A stretch of DNA of 63,408 bases, counting the filler, from Octopus bimaculoides (Eukaryota): the NCBI RefSeq assembly GCF_001194135.2. It is 5 parts of 5 records of this genome, joined end to end, with 100 filler letters (N's around TTAATTAATTAA, not from the genome) between each part and the next. Parts side by side here need not be neighbours in the genome. Positions count along the whole stretch, not along the records: positions 61,536 to 63,408 come from NW_026410459.1; 4 more parts are not named here. The stretch is one strand, 5' to 3'. Positions 63,254-63,408 of this stretch are shown piece after piece. Within the stretch, counting starts at the first letter, position 1. Each line of letters opens with the position of its first letter. A program made the position numbers and the translations under genes. The notes under the pieces are model-generated. The model was not told where the DNA came from. It saw only the letters and a program-made list of their open reading frames with translations, and made no database searches.

Positions 63254-63408
63254 TTACACCTAAACATAAATAAATCTAATGTCAAAGCAACCATTTAAAC
63301 TAAAAAGTTCATGACACAAAACGGCTGCCAGACTACCTCAATAATAGTAGTAAAAAATATTAAATAGTCAAACAAAAAATCTAGTTTGCTTTAAATTCAC
63401 ACAAAACT

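Noticed and set aside
63078-63263. GFxKF pentapeptide-repeat ORF
   Set aside because: Short, non-ATG start, no splice context; better explained by a 15-bp DNA periodicity.

Overview
AT-rich, microsatellite-dense animal DNA with many N gaps. The repeat families suggest an octopod cephalopod (inference, not verified). The main gene is a minus-strand, multi-pass membrane glycerophosphodiester phosphodiesterase of the GDPD5/GDPD4/GDPD2 (GDE2/GDE6/GDE3) subfamily. I traced 11 phase-consistent GT-AG coding exons by hand between 26331 and 2963, giving 527 aa; the N-terminal exon(s) were not found. The rest is mostly transposon debris: R4/Dong, HERO, RTE and Penelope retroelements, three tRNA-type SINE families, a solo LTR, and Tc1/mariner and hAT elements and MITEs. 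The most notable observation is several minimal type-I hammerhead ribozyme motifs of the Penelope pseudo-LTR kind. Two lie in a ~145-bp-arm inverted repeat nested in a hAT MITE, which is itself nested in a SINE. A third has an 8-bp stem I, a fourth is CpG-decayed inside a GDPD intron, and two more are weak remnants. All coordinates and translations were worked out by eye; family names come from motif recognition, not database searches.
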